Assembly (NCBI GenBank): GCA_963664735.1
Contig: OY761553.1
Location: forward strand, 447,303-511,302
Length of the DNA: 64,000 nucleotides
From: an uncultured Cohaesibacter sp.
GTDB taxonomy: Bacteria; Pseudomonadota; Alphaproteobacteria; Rhizobiales; Cohaesibacteraceae
Reading direction: 5' to 3'
Below, one piece after another: positions 30,616-40,075 of this stretch; the first letter of the stretch is position 1, and every line of letters begins with the position of its first letter. The notes beneath the pieces are model-generated. The model was not told the origin of the DNA and did no database searches. It saw only the letters and a program-made list of their open reading frames with translations. Both the position numbers and the translations under genes were made by a program.

Positions 30616-31407
30616 TCAACAGCTCGTGGAACCACAGCTGCGCAAGTTTGAAATTTTGGCTTCGAAGGCCTCCAAAGAGATATAACCCGGGATAACTTCG
30701 TCACCCAGAACATATCCCGGCGTACCATTCAAATTGAGGGCATCTGCAAGACGATAGGCATCCTGAATTGGTTGGCGGGAAGCTTTGTCTTCATACTGCT
30801 TTTCCAATTCATCGCGTGAAATGCCAAGCTTCTCGGCTACGCGCATTGATGACTCTTTGTTCGCGGTGCCGCGCATGGTCATCATCGCTTTGTGGAAGTC
30901 CCAATATTTGTCGGGAGCGACCTTGGTAACACCCACAGCGACCAAGGCGGCTTCCTGCGATTGCGGGCCAAGGATCGGCCATTCTTTCAGTACAACCCGG
31001 ATATTTTTGTCTTTATCCAAAAGCTCCAGCATGCTGCCGAAAGCCTGTTTGCAATAGCCGCAGTTGTAATCCATGAACTCGACCAGCGTTACATCTCCCT
31101 TGGGGTTGCCCAGCACGATCTGGTCTTTGGCATTGAACAGCTCTTCTTGATGCTCAACCACAGCCTGTTTGGCCATTTTGGCGCGTTCCAACTCGGCTTG
31201 CTTCTGCTTTTCCGCTTCCTGTTGGCTCAGAATGGTGAAAACCTGGCGAATGATGTCTGGATTTTCGAGAAGGTAGTCAGAAACGATTTTTTCAATTTCC
31301 TGCTTCTGATCATCATTGAACTGCGCAGCGCTGGCGGGCGCCGCAACAAAGCCAATGAAGGCAAGAGCGGTTAGCACAAAGGCAAATGGTGAATGAAAAT
31401 GGCGCAT
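30616..31407 (-). CDS. DsbA-family thiol:disulfide oxidoreductase (exported)
   Basis: Signal peptide ...FVAAPASA and a thioredoxin-fold active site DYNCGYCK. Confidence 0.85.
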   Translation of the reverse strand: MRHFHSPFAFVLTALAFIGFVAAPASAAQFNDDQKQEIEKIVSDYLLENPDIIRQVFTILSQQEAEKQKQAELERAKMAKQAVVEHQEELFNAKDQIVLGNPKGDVTLVEFMDYNCGYCKQAFGSMLELLDKDKNIRVVLKEWPILGPQSQEAALVAVGVTKVAPDKYWDFHKAMMTMRGTANKESSMRVAEKLGISRDELEKQYEDKASRQPIQDAYRLADALNLNGTPGYVLGDEVIPGYISLEAFEAKISNLRSCGSTSC

Positions 31408-31613
31408 GAGTAGGCGTCCTTGTGATTTGCTGTCTGAATATGCATGTGTTGTCGCATAGATAGTTAGCTTGGAGAATAGGCAAGATTGGGAAGATTGTGA
31501 GACAAATTGTTCTTGTTCACTTGATTGTGACCTTTTGCCAGTTCATCCGGTCGCCGGGATCGTTACCGCCTCGGTCGCTTTCCTGAAATGAGGCTGCTAA
31601 TCCTGAGCTGAAA

Positions 31614-33062
31614 TTACAGTTTTGGTGCCTTATAGGACAGGATATCATCTGCTTGAAGCCATTCCGGGGAGCCCCGTTTCAGTTTTTTCTGAGCGCGCGT
31701 TGCCATGGCTTTTGCTGCGGGTATGTCGCCAGATGCGAAATATCCATTGGCGGTTGCCATTTCTGCCTGAGCGCGCCTTCCCATATTTTCATACGCCTGA
31801 GCGAGGAAGCGATAGCCAACCGCATAATCGGGATCATTTTGCAGGCCCCGTTGCAGCTGCCTAACAGCTTCGCCGTTGTCTTTACTTCGTTTGGAAGAAA
31901 GAATGGCCTGACCGAGCATGACGCGAAATATCCCGATGTTCGGGTGTAGTGAAATGGCCTTTTGCAATGGAGCTATGGCGCTGTCACCTTGTCCGGATTC
32001 CAGAAGGAATTGTCCCTTTAGTTCCTGAAAATATGCGTTGTCTGGCTGTTTCTGGATGAGCTGTTCGGCCATGCTGATCGCTTTTTTGCGGTTGCCCAAG
32101 AGGTAGGTCACGATGGTCTGAGCATAGAGATCTACAAGGCCGTTGCCTTTGTATTTGCGCATGACCTGTTTTGGACTTTGTGTGTAAGCTGCCAGTTTGG
32201 CTCTCACCATATCATGGCGCAGCTGTAGGTCTGCACTGTCTTTTCGGTTGTAGAATTTGCTCTGTTTTGCGAGCCGCTCGATTTGCCCAATGCGTTCGCG
32301 GGGCAGGGGGTGGGACTGTATGTAGGGGTCCACATATTGGCTTGCAAATAGCGACTGATCGGCAAAGCGTTCAAAGGTTTGCAACATGCCTTTTGCTGAT
32401 TGACCGGTCTTGGAAAGATACCTGACTGCAGCCCTGTCGGCAGCCATTTCTTCTGTTCTTGCATAACTCAAGAAGGTGCGCTGGGCGATGCCGGGGGCGC
32501 CGGTTGCAATGGCTCCACCAAGCACAGCCGCGTCAGAAGCCCCCGCTGCCGCGCTCGCAGCAGCTGCGCCCATTCCCGCCAACATGCCGATGGCGGCTAG
32601 GGTTTGTGCACGCTTCATGGCTTCTCGTAATTGCAGCATATGTCCGGCTGCGATGTGGCCGGTTTCGTGTGCCAGAACGCCAATGATTTCATTGGGTGTC
32701 TTGGCCTCTATGATCGTGCCGGTGTTGATAAACATGCGTTTGCTATCGACAACAAAGGCATTGAAGCTGTTGTCATTGACAAGATGAATCCTGATGTTTC
32801 CCGGCTTGAGCCCTGCGGCCTTGAAGATGGGACGGGCATAATCTTTGATGAGCTCTTCGGTTTCGGCGTCGCGCACCAATTTGATGCGCCTGCCTTGTGC
32901 CTTGGCCGATGAAATCAAGAGTGGCTGTAGGCCTATGAGGGCGATAAGCAGTGAACAAAGCAGTTTGCTGGGTATATGAGAAAAGAAGGCAGTCAATTTC
33001 GTTCCAACAATGGGTGGAACTTTCAGCCAAGACTTGATACCAAAGCTATAAAGCATAGTCAT
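31614..33062 (-). CDS. M48 family metalloprotease with C-terminal TPR repeats (BepA-like)
   Basis: The HETGHIAAGH zincin motif, an N-terminal membrane/signal segment, and TPR-like C-terminal repeats. Confidence 0.85.
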   Translation of the reverse strand: MTMLYSFGIKSWLKVPPIVGTKLTAFFSHIPSKLLCSLLIALIGLQPLLISSAKAQGRRIKLVRDAETEELIKDYARPIFKAAGLKPGNIRIHLVNDNSFNAFVVDSKRMFINTGTIIEAKTPNEIIGVLAHETGHIAAGHMLQLREAMKRAQTLAAIGMLAGMGAAAASAAAGASDAAVLGGAIATGAPGIAQRTFLSYARTEEMAADRAAVRYLSKTGQSAKGMLQTFERFADQSLFASQYVDPYIQSHPLPRERIGQIERLAKQSKFYNRKDSADLQLRHDMVRAKLAAYTQSPKQVMRKYKGNGLVDLYAQTIVTYLLGNRKKAISMAEQLIQKQPDNAYFQELKGQFLLESGQGDSAIAPLQKAISLHPNIGIFRVMLGQAILSSKRSKDNGEAVRQLQRGLQNDPDYAVGYRFLAQAYENMGRRAQAEMATANGYFASGDIPAAKAMATRAQKKLKRGSPEWLQADDILSYKAPKL

Positions 33063-33223
33063 AACCTTCTTTGATTATTCAATCCTCCACACGAGATCTG
33101 TCAGAGATCAAAGCCACGGAGTTTGCGGGCGGCATGGATTCTGTTTCTCTCGTATCCTCATCTGCAGGCTTGGTCAAAATGTGGCACTGACTGCAAGAAT
33201 AGAAGAGCGAAAAGGAAAATTGA

Positions 33224-34375
33224 ATGCTCACTACATCGCGGCGCGGCACCATTGAGCCATTCTTCGCTATGGACATCATGGCAAAAGCGAATGCTCTGGC
33301 TGCTGAAGGAAAAGATATTGTTCATATGGAAATCGGTCAACCGGGAGCTCCCGCGCCTCGGCTCGTGTGTGAAGCGGCTCAAAAGGCGCTGGTGGATGGA
33401 CGCATTGGCTATACGGACGCAATGGGGATTATGGGGTTGCGTGAGCGCATCGCCCAGCATTATGCCGATCACTATGGCGTGACCGTTTCCCCACAAGCTG
33501 TTGCTGTTACCACAGGGTCCAGCGCAGGGTTCAATCTGGCTTTCCTGTCTCTGTTTGAGGTTGGTGACAGGGTCATTCTTCCCAGTCCGGGCTATCCTGC
33601 TTATCGGAACATTCTATTTTCTCTGGGGCTGGAGGTCGTAGAAGTTGAGACGAGGGCTCAGGATCGCTGGAGCCTTACGGCGGAGGATATCCGCAGGGTT
33701 CATGCCGAAAAGCCGGTCAGGGGTGTGCTTATTGCCAGTCCGGCAAACCCTTCGGGTACCATTATGGATGCCGAGGCTCTGAAGTCGGTTGTTGAAGTGT
33801 GCGACGAGCTGGGGATCTGGTTTATTTCTGATGAAATTTATCATAGCCTTGAATTTGGAATGAAAGCAGAGACCGCCTTGCGCTTTTCTCCCAATGCGGT
33901 GATCATCAATTCATTCTCGAAATATTATTGCATGACCGGATGGCGTATAGGCTGGATGATTTTGCCGCAGCTGGCGCAGCGTTCGGTCGAATGTCTCGGG
34001 CAGTCTCTTTACCTGTGCCCTCCGATGCTGTCGCAAGTTGCTGCGGTAGCTGCTTTTGATGCTCATGAAGAGCTGGATGTGGTCAAGGATGGGTATGGGC
34101 GCAATCGCGAATATTTGATGCAAGCATTGCCCAAGATCGGGCTTGGAGACTTTATGCCGGTCGACGGGGCATTCTACATTTATTGCGATGTAAGCAAGTT
34201 GACCAATGATTCCATGGATTTTGCCATGCGCTCACTGAATGAAGCCGGAGTGGCGATAACGCCCGGCGCAGATTTCGACAGAGAGCGCGGCAACCGCTAT
34301 GTTCGCCTTTCCTTTGCCGGTACCGAGAATGATATGCGAGAGGCCATCAACAGATTGTCAAACTGGCTGGGCTGA
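33224..34375 (+). CDS. pyridoxal-phosphate-dependent aminotransferase (class I/II)
   Basis: ...IEPFFAMDIMAKANALAAEGKDIVHMEIGQP... and SFSKYYCMTGWRIGW (PLP lysine); 383 aa. Confidence 0.88.
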   Translation: MLTTSRRGTIEPFFAMDIMAKANALAAEGKDIVHMEIGQPGAPAPRLVCEAAQKALVDGRIGYTDAMGIMGLRERIAQHYADHYGVTVSPQAVAVTTGSSAGFNLAFLSLFEVGDRVILPSPGYPAYRNILFSLGLEVVEVETRAQDRWSLTAEDIRRVHAEKPVRGVLIASPANPSGTIMDAEALKSVVEVCDELGIWFISDEIYHSLEFGMKAETALRFSPNAVIINSFSKYYCMTGWRIGWMILPQLAQRSVECLGQSLYLCPPMLSQVAAVAAFDAHEELDVVKDGYGRNREYLMQALPKIGLGDFMPVDGAFYIYCDVSKLTNDSMDFAMRSLNEAGVAITPGADFDRERGNRYVRLSFAGTENDMREAINRLSNWLG

Positions 34376-34404
34376 ATAAGGTCTCGCTAGAAACAAAATC
34401 AGAA

Positions 34405-34445
34405 ACAAAAAAAGCCGCATCTCATGAAGATGCGGCTTTTTGTTT
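34405..34445. terminator. bidirectional rho-independent terminator (aminotransferase / rne)
   Basis: AAAGCCGCATC-TCATGAA-GATGCGGCTTT stem flanked by an A-run and a T-run. Confidence 0.85.
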
Positions 34446-34461
34446 AGAAGGTCATTATGGC

Positions 34462-37400
34462 TCAAAGAAAGCCGGACCGGTTCCACCAACCAGTGCGTTT
34501 CGGACGATTGTCTTCCGGCTTTTCTTCTTTAACCACAGCTTCGGTTTCAGGCTGGGCGACTGGCTCCGAAACCTCTTCTGGTTCAGCTACCGGAGCAGAC
34601 ATTGCAGCCTGTTCCTGCGGCTCATCGCTTAAGGTCTCTTCAGCCGTTACCTCTTCAGACACAGCTTCTGGGGCTGGAGCTTCTTCGGCAGCCACATTCT
34701 CAGAAACTGCAACTTCTTGCGATGCTTCATCCGCATTGCCTTCACCTTCAGAAGTGGATGGCGCGATCGGATCTGAAGCAGGCTCTGCGTCCAAAGCACT
34801 GTCGTCAACAGCAGCCGAAGCTTCAGTCATTTCCTCTGAGGCTGGCTTGACATCTTCAGGCTCGCTTTGGACGTCATCGGTGTTCACCGGAGACGCAGTC
34901 TCGTTCTCAGCCAGTTCAATCGCAGCCACTTCAATGCCTTCAGAAGCCAAGGGTGCTCCTTCATAAAACAGAACATCTGGCTGCGCTTCGTCATCATTGG
35001 CGTCAGAAGCTGCCGGGCTAAATTCGCCAGTTAGTCTGTAGTCCTCAGGGTTCTCACCAGCCACTTCCATGGCCTCGGCAGTCATTTCCTGAGCATCGGC
35101 ATCACTGCCGCGGTTGCGGCGATTGCGGCGACCACCTCTGCGGCCTCTGCGTCGGCTCTTCTTAGGCTTGTCCTCGCTGCCGTTCTCATCATCACGCGAT
35201 TCTGCGCTTTGCTCGGCGGAGCTGTCTGCGACGTCCCCGTCTTCACCCTCTGCGCTTTCGGCCTCGTCATTTTCATCACGCGGCGTTCTGGCTTCTGTTT
35301 GAGACTTCTTGCGACGGCGGCGACGGCGGCGTCTTTTGGAACTGCTTTCCTCTTCGCGTTCTTTTTCTTCCTCATCCTGCTCGAAAGCTTCGAAAGCGAA
35401 ATCGTTGTCGATGTCTTCAAAGGTCTTCATGGAAATGGTCGGTGTCGGAGCGACAGGCTCAGCAAGAGGCTCACCGCGATCAATTTCCAGATGCTTGCCT
35501 TCGAGATGATCGTCGACTTCCACATGGATGTGAACACCAAAGCGATTTTCCAGCTCGAACAGATTTTCACGTTTCTGGTTGAGGATATAGAGAGCCACAT
35601 TGCCACGGGTCTTGACGATCACATGGTGGGTGACGCCCTTGAGCAGATGATCTTCAATGCTGCGCAACACCAGCAGAGCAACAGAAGAGGCCGCTCTTAC
35701 ATAGCCCGTTCCCTGACAATGAGGGCATGGGTCCATGGAGCTTTCCAAAACGCCGGTGCGAATGCGCTGGCGGGACATTTCCATCAGGCCGAAATGAGAA
35801 ATCCGGCCAACCTGAATGCGGGCGCGATCTGATTTCAGGCAATCCTTGAGGCGTTTCTCGACAGCGCGGTTATTGCGCTTTTCTTCCATGTCGATGAAGT
35901 CGATGACCACAAGACCGGCAAGGTCGCGCAAGCGCAACTGACGTGAAATTTCCTCTGCTGCCTCAAGGTTGGTTGAGAGAGCCGTGTCTTCAATATTATG
36001 CTCGCGCGTCGAACGGCCAGAGTTGACGTCGATCGAGACGAGGGCCTCTGTTTGATCGATCACGATATAGCCACCGGATTTCAGCGTCACTTGTGGGCTG
36101 AACATGGCGTCAAGCTGGCTTTCGATCCCCATGCGAGTGAAGATCGGCTGTGGTTCACGATATGGCTGGACGTTGCGGGCGTGACTAGGCATCAGCATCC
36201 GCATGAAGGTCTTGGCTTCTTTGTAGCCTTCCTCACCGGACACCAGGACCTGGTCTATATCCTTGTTGTAAAGATCGCGAATGGAGCGCTTGATCAGCGA
36301 TCCTTCCTCGTAAACAAGCATAGGCGCAGCAGATTTCAGCGTCAGGTCTCTGACATTCTCCCACAGGCGCAAGAGATATTCGAAATCGCGCTTGATCTCC
36401 GTCTTGGTGCGGGAAGCACCTGCCGTGCGCAGAATAACGCCCATTCCGTCAGCAACTTCAAGCTCGGACGCGATCTGTTTGAGGCGTTTGCGGTCGGAGA
36501 CGTTGGTGATCTTGCGAGAGATGCCGCCGCCGCGTGCGGTGTTTGGCATCAGCACGGAATAACGGCCAGCAAGAGAAAGATAGGTTGTCAGAGCTGCGCC
36601 CTTGTTGCCACGTTCTTCCTTGACGACCTGCACGAGCAGAATCTGACGGCGTTTGATGACTTCCTGAATTTTATACTGCTTGGTACGGCGACGGCTGCGA
36701 CGCTCAGGCACTTCCTCAAGAGCGTCTTCCGCACCTACATGTTCGACGCCGGAATCTTCATCATCGTCGTCGTCATCATCCTCGTCTTCGTCATCATCGC
36801 TGGAAGCTGAAAGCTCTTCGTCTTCTTCCTCTTCATCGTCCTCGTTTTCTTCGAGGTCTTCAGGATCAGCGCTCAGGTGATCGTCATCGGACACAGCGTG
36901 AGCCTGCGCCGGAGGCGTCTTGTCGTCCTCCTCGGTGCTGTCTTCATCAGAGGCTGCCTGTGGCTCTTCATTCTGAGCGCTTTCCTCGCTTAGCTCAGTT
37001 TGAGGAGCACCTTCTTCTGTGGCTTCTGACGTTGACACTACGGATGCTTCAGAAGCCTCTACAGGAGCTGCTTCGTTTTCGCTGACCTCAGCTTCAACCG
37101 AAACCCCGGATGCTTCCGGTGTCTGGGCGTCGACAGCTGTTTCTACTTCAACTGGTGAAGCCTCGTTAGCGGTTTCTTCCTTTGAAGCTTCGGCTTCCTG
37201 CGTGTTTACAGAGCGTGCTTCCGATCTTCTGTTGGAGCGGCGTCTTCTTGATTTCTTCGCAGGTTTTTCTTCTTCGTGAATTTCGTCATCGTCATGGCCG
37301 TGCTCTTCTTCAAGAAGAGCCTGACGGTCTGCCATCGGAATTTGATAATAGTCCGGGTGAATCTCGCTGAAAGCGAGGAAGCCGTGGCGGTTGCCGCCAT

Positions 37401-37581
37401 AATCAACAAAAGCTGCCTGCAGGGACGGTTCGACCCTGGTTACCTTTGCTAGATATATATTGCCACGCAATTGTTTGCGATTGGCGGACTCGAAGTCGAA
37501 TTCCTCAACCCGATTGCCGCGTACGACAACAACCCGAGTTTCCTCCGGATGCGTCGCATCAACGAGCATTTGATTTGGCAT
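34462..37581 (-). CDS. rne: ribonuclease E
   Basis: S1 domain start (MLVDATHPEETRVVVV...GNIYLAKVTRVEPSLQAAFVDYG) and the catalytic core (DQTEALVSIDVNSG, CPHCQGTG zinc-link). There are Arg-rich and acidic low-complexity segments, and the C-terminus ends ...RTGWWNRSGFL. Confidence 0.93.
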   Translation of the reverse strand: MPNQMLVDATHPEETRVVVVRGNRVEEFDFESANRKQLRGNIYLAKVTRVEPSLQAAFVDYGGNRHGFLAFSEIHPDYYQIPMADRQALLEEEHGHDDDEIHEEEKPAKKSRRRRSNRRSEARSVNTQEAEASKEETANEASPVEVETAVDAQTPEASGVSVEAEVSENEAAPVEASEASVVSTSEATEEGAPQTELSEESAQNEEPQAASDEDSTEEDDKTPPAQAHAVSDDDHLSADPEDLEENEDDEEEEDEELSASSDDDEDEDDDDDDDEDSGVEHVGAEDALEEVPERRSRRRTKQYKIQEVIKRRQILLVQVVKEERGNKGAALTTYLSLAGRYSVLMPNTARGGGISRKITNVSDRKRLKQIASELEVADGMGVILRTAGASRTKTEIKRDFEYLLRLWENVRDLTLKSAAPMLVYEEGSLIKRSIRDLYNKDIDQVLVSGEEGYKEAKTFMRMLMPSHARNVQPYREPQPIFTRMGIESQLDAMFSPQVTLKSGGYIVIDQTEALVSIDVNSGRSTREHNIEDTALSTNLEAAEEISRQLRLRDLAGLVVIDFIDMEEKRNNRAVEKRLKDCLKSDRARIQVGRISHFGLMEMSRQRIRTGVLESSMDPCPHCQGTGYVRAASSVALLVLRSIEDHLLKGVTHHVIVKTRGNVALYILNQKRENLFELENRFGVHIHVEVDDHLEGKHLEIDRGEPLAEPVAPTPTISMKTFEDIDNDFAFEAFEQDEEEKEREEESSSKRRRRRRRRKKSQTEARTPRDENDEAESAEGEDGDVADSSAEQSAESRDDENGSEDKPKKSRRRGRRGGRRNRRNRGSDADAQEMTAEAMEVAGENPEDYRLTGEFSPAASDANDDEAQPDVLFYEGAPLASEGIEVAAIELAENETASPVNTDDVQSEPEDVKPASEEMTEASAAVDDSALDAEPASDPIAPSTSEGEGNADEASQEVAVSENVAAEEAPAPEAVSEEVTAEETLSDEPQEQAAMSAPVAEPEEVSEPVAQPETEAVVKEEKPEDNRPKRTGWWNRSGFL

Positions 37582-38370
37582 GAAGTGTTTTCTCCACGGA
37601 AAGGCGCGCCGACGACCGTTATGGTCGACATGGTCGACACTCGGTAGGTTCGCGCTTCTCCGCTTTTGTCTGATGACGACCCGACCACCATCGGTTCACG
37701 GCTGTGCAAATGGTTGAGCGCCAGGGCATGCAGTTTGACTGCAAAGCTATCTCCGGCTGTTTTACTCATCTCTCGACACATCCCTTGGCGGGTCCTCTTG
37801 TTGATACTCGATACCAGAGGACGTTTTCTTCCTCGGCAGGGTTCTTGGCATGCAATCCGGACTTTAAATACGCGTTCCAGATTGCCGCGAATTTCAAATG
37901 GTTTTCGGGCAAATCCCGAATTTCCGGGCCATGTGCCAGAGCTTGGTATGTCCAGCTTCGCTGGCGCGAATCTCCTGTTGACGTTCAATCTTGGGGAAAC
38001 GTCGGGTTCTTTCGCCAGTCACGCAATTATGACGATTAGTCTTGAGCCATAAGTGCGGAGTCTCGAATCGGATCATTGCTTGGCAACAATAGCCCAATGG
38101 TTCTTGTAGGGTTCATTGCAAAAATATGCAAGTGCAAGGCAATTGAACAATTGAATTGATCCGCTATTTTTGCTGGTTATCTAATATTATTCATACAGAT
38201 ATACCATGTGAGGGTGTGTATAGCACTGTTCTGTCAAGATGTGGTTAACCCTGAGGTATCTATTTCAAGCCAATATGGCAGGTGGAAAATTGATGCTTCT
38301 GCTGCTTTCTCGCCACATTTGCTTTTTTGATATGACTGTTGATGAGACCACTCTCCCGTGGAAGAGGCTT

Positions 38371-39633
38371 ATGACACTAGCTATGAAATTGTTCGCTCGC
38401 TTTTTGCTATTGGCGCTTTTGCTTTTGGGGGCTTCTGTGAGCGTGACTTACAGTGCTGAGACGGCTGTTGTTGTCCATGGAGCGCGGACGGAGGGGAACA
38501 GTAAAAAGGCACAGTTTGTGCTGGATGTATCTGAGCCAGTTGGTTTCAGTGTCTTTGCGCTGGCTGAACCCTATCGTCTGGTGATTGACTTGCCTGAAAT
38601 GTCATTCCAGATGGAGCAGGGGCTGGGTCATGTGGAACGGGCAATGGTTCAGAATTTTCGCTTCGGCGGCTTTGGGCATTCGGGCGCGCGCGTGGTGCTG
38701 GATCTGGCTGGCCCTGCAAAAGTGGCAAAGGCTTTCACTTTGCCACCCGTCGATGGCAATCCCGCACGGATGGTTATCAATCTGGAAGCTGTAAGCAAGA
38801 AAGAATTTGCCGAGCAGGCCCTCAGAGATGTTATTCGCATCGATGCGGACGGCAAGCCGCAGTCTAAAGCTGCTTTGGTCGAACCCAAAGAACAGACAAA
38901 TGATTTAGAGGCAACAGATGCCCGGCCTCTGATTGTTCTTGATCCCGGCCATGGCGGGATCGACACGGGCGCAGTCGCTCCGGGAGTGCAAGAGAGTAAA
39001 GTTGTGCTTTCTTTTGCAAAATCCTTGCGTAAATCACTAGAAAAACAAGGGAAATATCGCGTTTTGCTAACGCGGGACAACGACCGGTTCATTTCCCTTT
39101 CGAAGCGAGTTGCTTTTGCGCAAAAGCACAAGGCTGACCTTTTCTTGTCCATTCACGCAGATATCGTCAAGGAGCATTACGTTCGAGGCGCAACTGTCTA
39201 TACGCTTTCTGATAAAGCGTCCGATGCTGTGGCGCACAAGTTGGCGCAGCAGGAAAACCGGTCCGATTTGCTGGCGGGTCTGGAAATCGAGGACACGGAT
39301 GATGTTGTCGCAGACATCCTGATCGATTTGACAAGACGGGAAACGGCCAACCACTCATCTCTTTATTCCCGCACGCTGGTTGGTGCGCTGAAAGCATCCA
39401 TTCGCCTGTCCAAGACACCAGAGCGTTCGGCTGGCTTTCGGGTGCTGAAGGCTCCTGATATTCCAAGCGTTCTGCTTGAATTGGGCTATCTTTCGAATAA
39501 GGAAGATAGGGCAGATTTGTTGTCCAAGGAATGGCGCGAAAAGGCCATTCTTTCTATTACCAAGTCGATCAATGGCTATTTTTCAAGGCGAACGGTCAAT
39601 TCTGGTGCATTCCTGATGCGCAAGCCGGGATAG
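38371..39633 (+). CDS. amiC: N-acetylmuramoyl-L-alanine amidase (AMIN domain + Amidase_3)
   Basis: Signal peptide, an AMIN-type segment (FVLDVSEPVGFSVFALAEPYRLVIDLPE), and the catalytic segment LDPGHGGIDTGA...SIHAD. The start is uncertain (38371 or 38383; the ORF is open from 38239). Confidence 0.82.
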   Translation: MTLAMKLFARFLLLALLLLGASVSVTYSAETAVVVHGARTEGNSKKAQFVLDVSEPVGFSVFALAEPYRLVIDLPEMSFQMEQGLGHVERAMVQNFRFGGFGHSGARVVLDLAGPAKVAKAFTLPPVDGNPARMVINLEAVSKKEFAEQALRDVIRIDADGKPQSKAALVEPKEQTNDLEATDARPLIVLDPGHGGIDTGAVAPGVQESKVVLSFAKSLRKSLEKQGKYRVLLTRDNDRFISLSKRVAFAQKHKADLFLSIHADIVKEHYVRGATVYTLSDKASDAVAHKLAQQENRSDLLAGLEIEDTDDVVADILIDLTRRETANHSSLYSRTLVGALKASIRLSKTPERSAGFRVLKAPDIPSVLLELGYLSNKEDRADLLSKEWREKAILSITKSINGYFSRRTVNSGAFLMRKPG

Positions 39634-40075
39634 AATCATCTGAGATTAATTGTTGCTTTTTTCGCAAAAATCCCAAGTTTCGCCGTTGTGAAGGCGAGCC
39701 ATGCCTCTAATGGTTTGCTGTGATAACGATTAGGTGCGGATAAATTTCTTAACAAAGCCCTTTTGCTGCCCCAATGTCATGTGACGGTTGCAAAATGTTT
39801 GGTAGCAGAATAAGTCTTCTCGTAGTTTGGTGGGGCGGTTGCCTCTAAGGCTTTGGTGGTGTCGCTGTTGGCTCATAAATGAACCTGCAACTATAGTCTC
39901 GCCGGGACTTGTCGAATTTGATCGCTTTAAGCCAGTGTTGTTGATGTGACTATTATGCACTTCGCACGCCAATCATCAGCAATGCTTGAATCGGCATTGT
40001 GGGACGAGAACTATTCTTGAGCTGAACAGCTTGAAAACAAGACGCATTTGTAGAACGGGATAAATAGGAACAGAT

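Noticed and set aside
34457-34966. A 169-aa Ser/Ala/Thr-rich ORF on the plus strand that overlaps the 3' end of rne.
   Set aside because: It is the complement of the Glu/Ala/Ser/Val-rich C-terminal tail of RNase E, so it is a compositional mirror image and not a gene.
39730-39972. An 80-aa minus-strand ORF in the 442-bp amiC-mrcA spacer.
   Set aside because: There is no SD, the composition is odd (Cys/His/Gln-rich), and no motif is present. It is more likely non-coding promoter space for mrcA.
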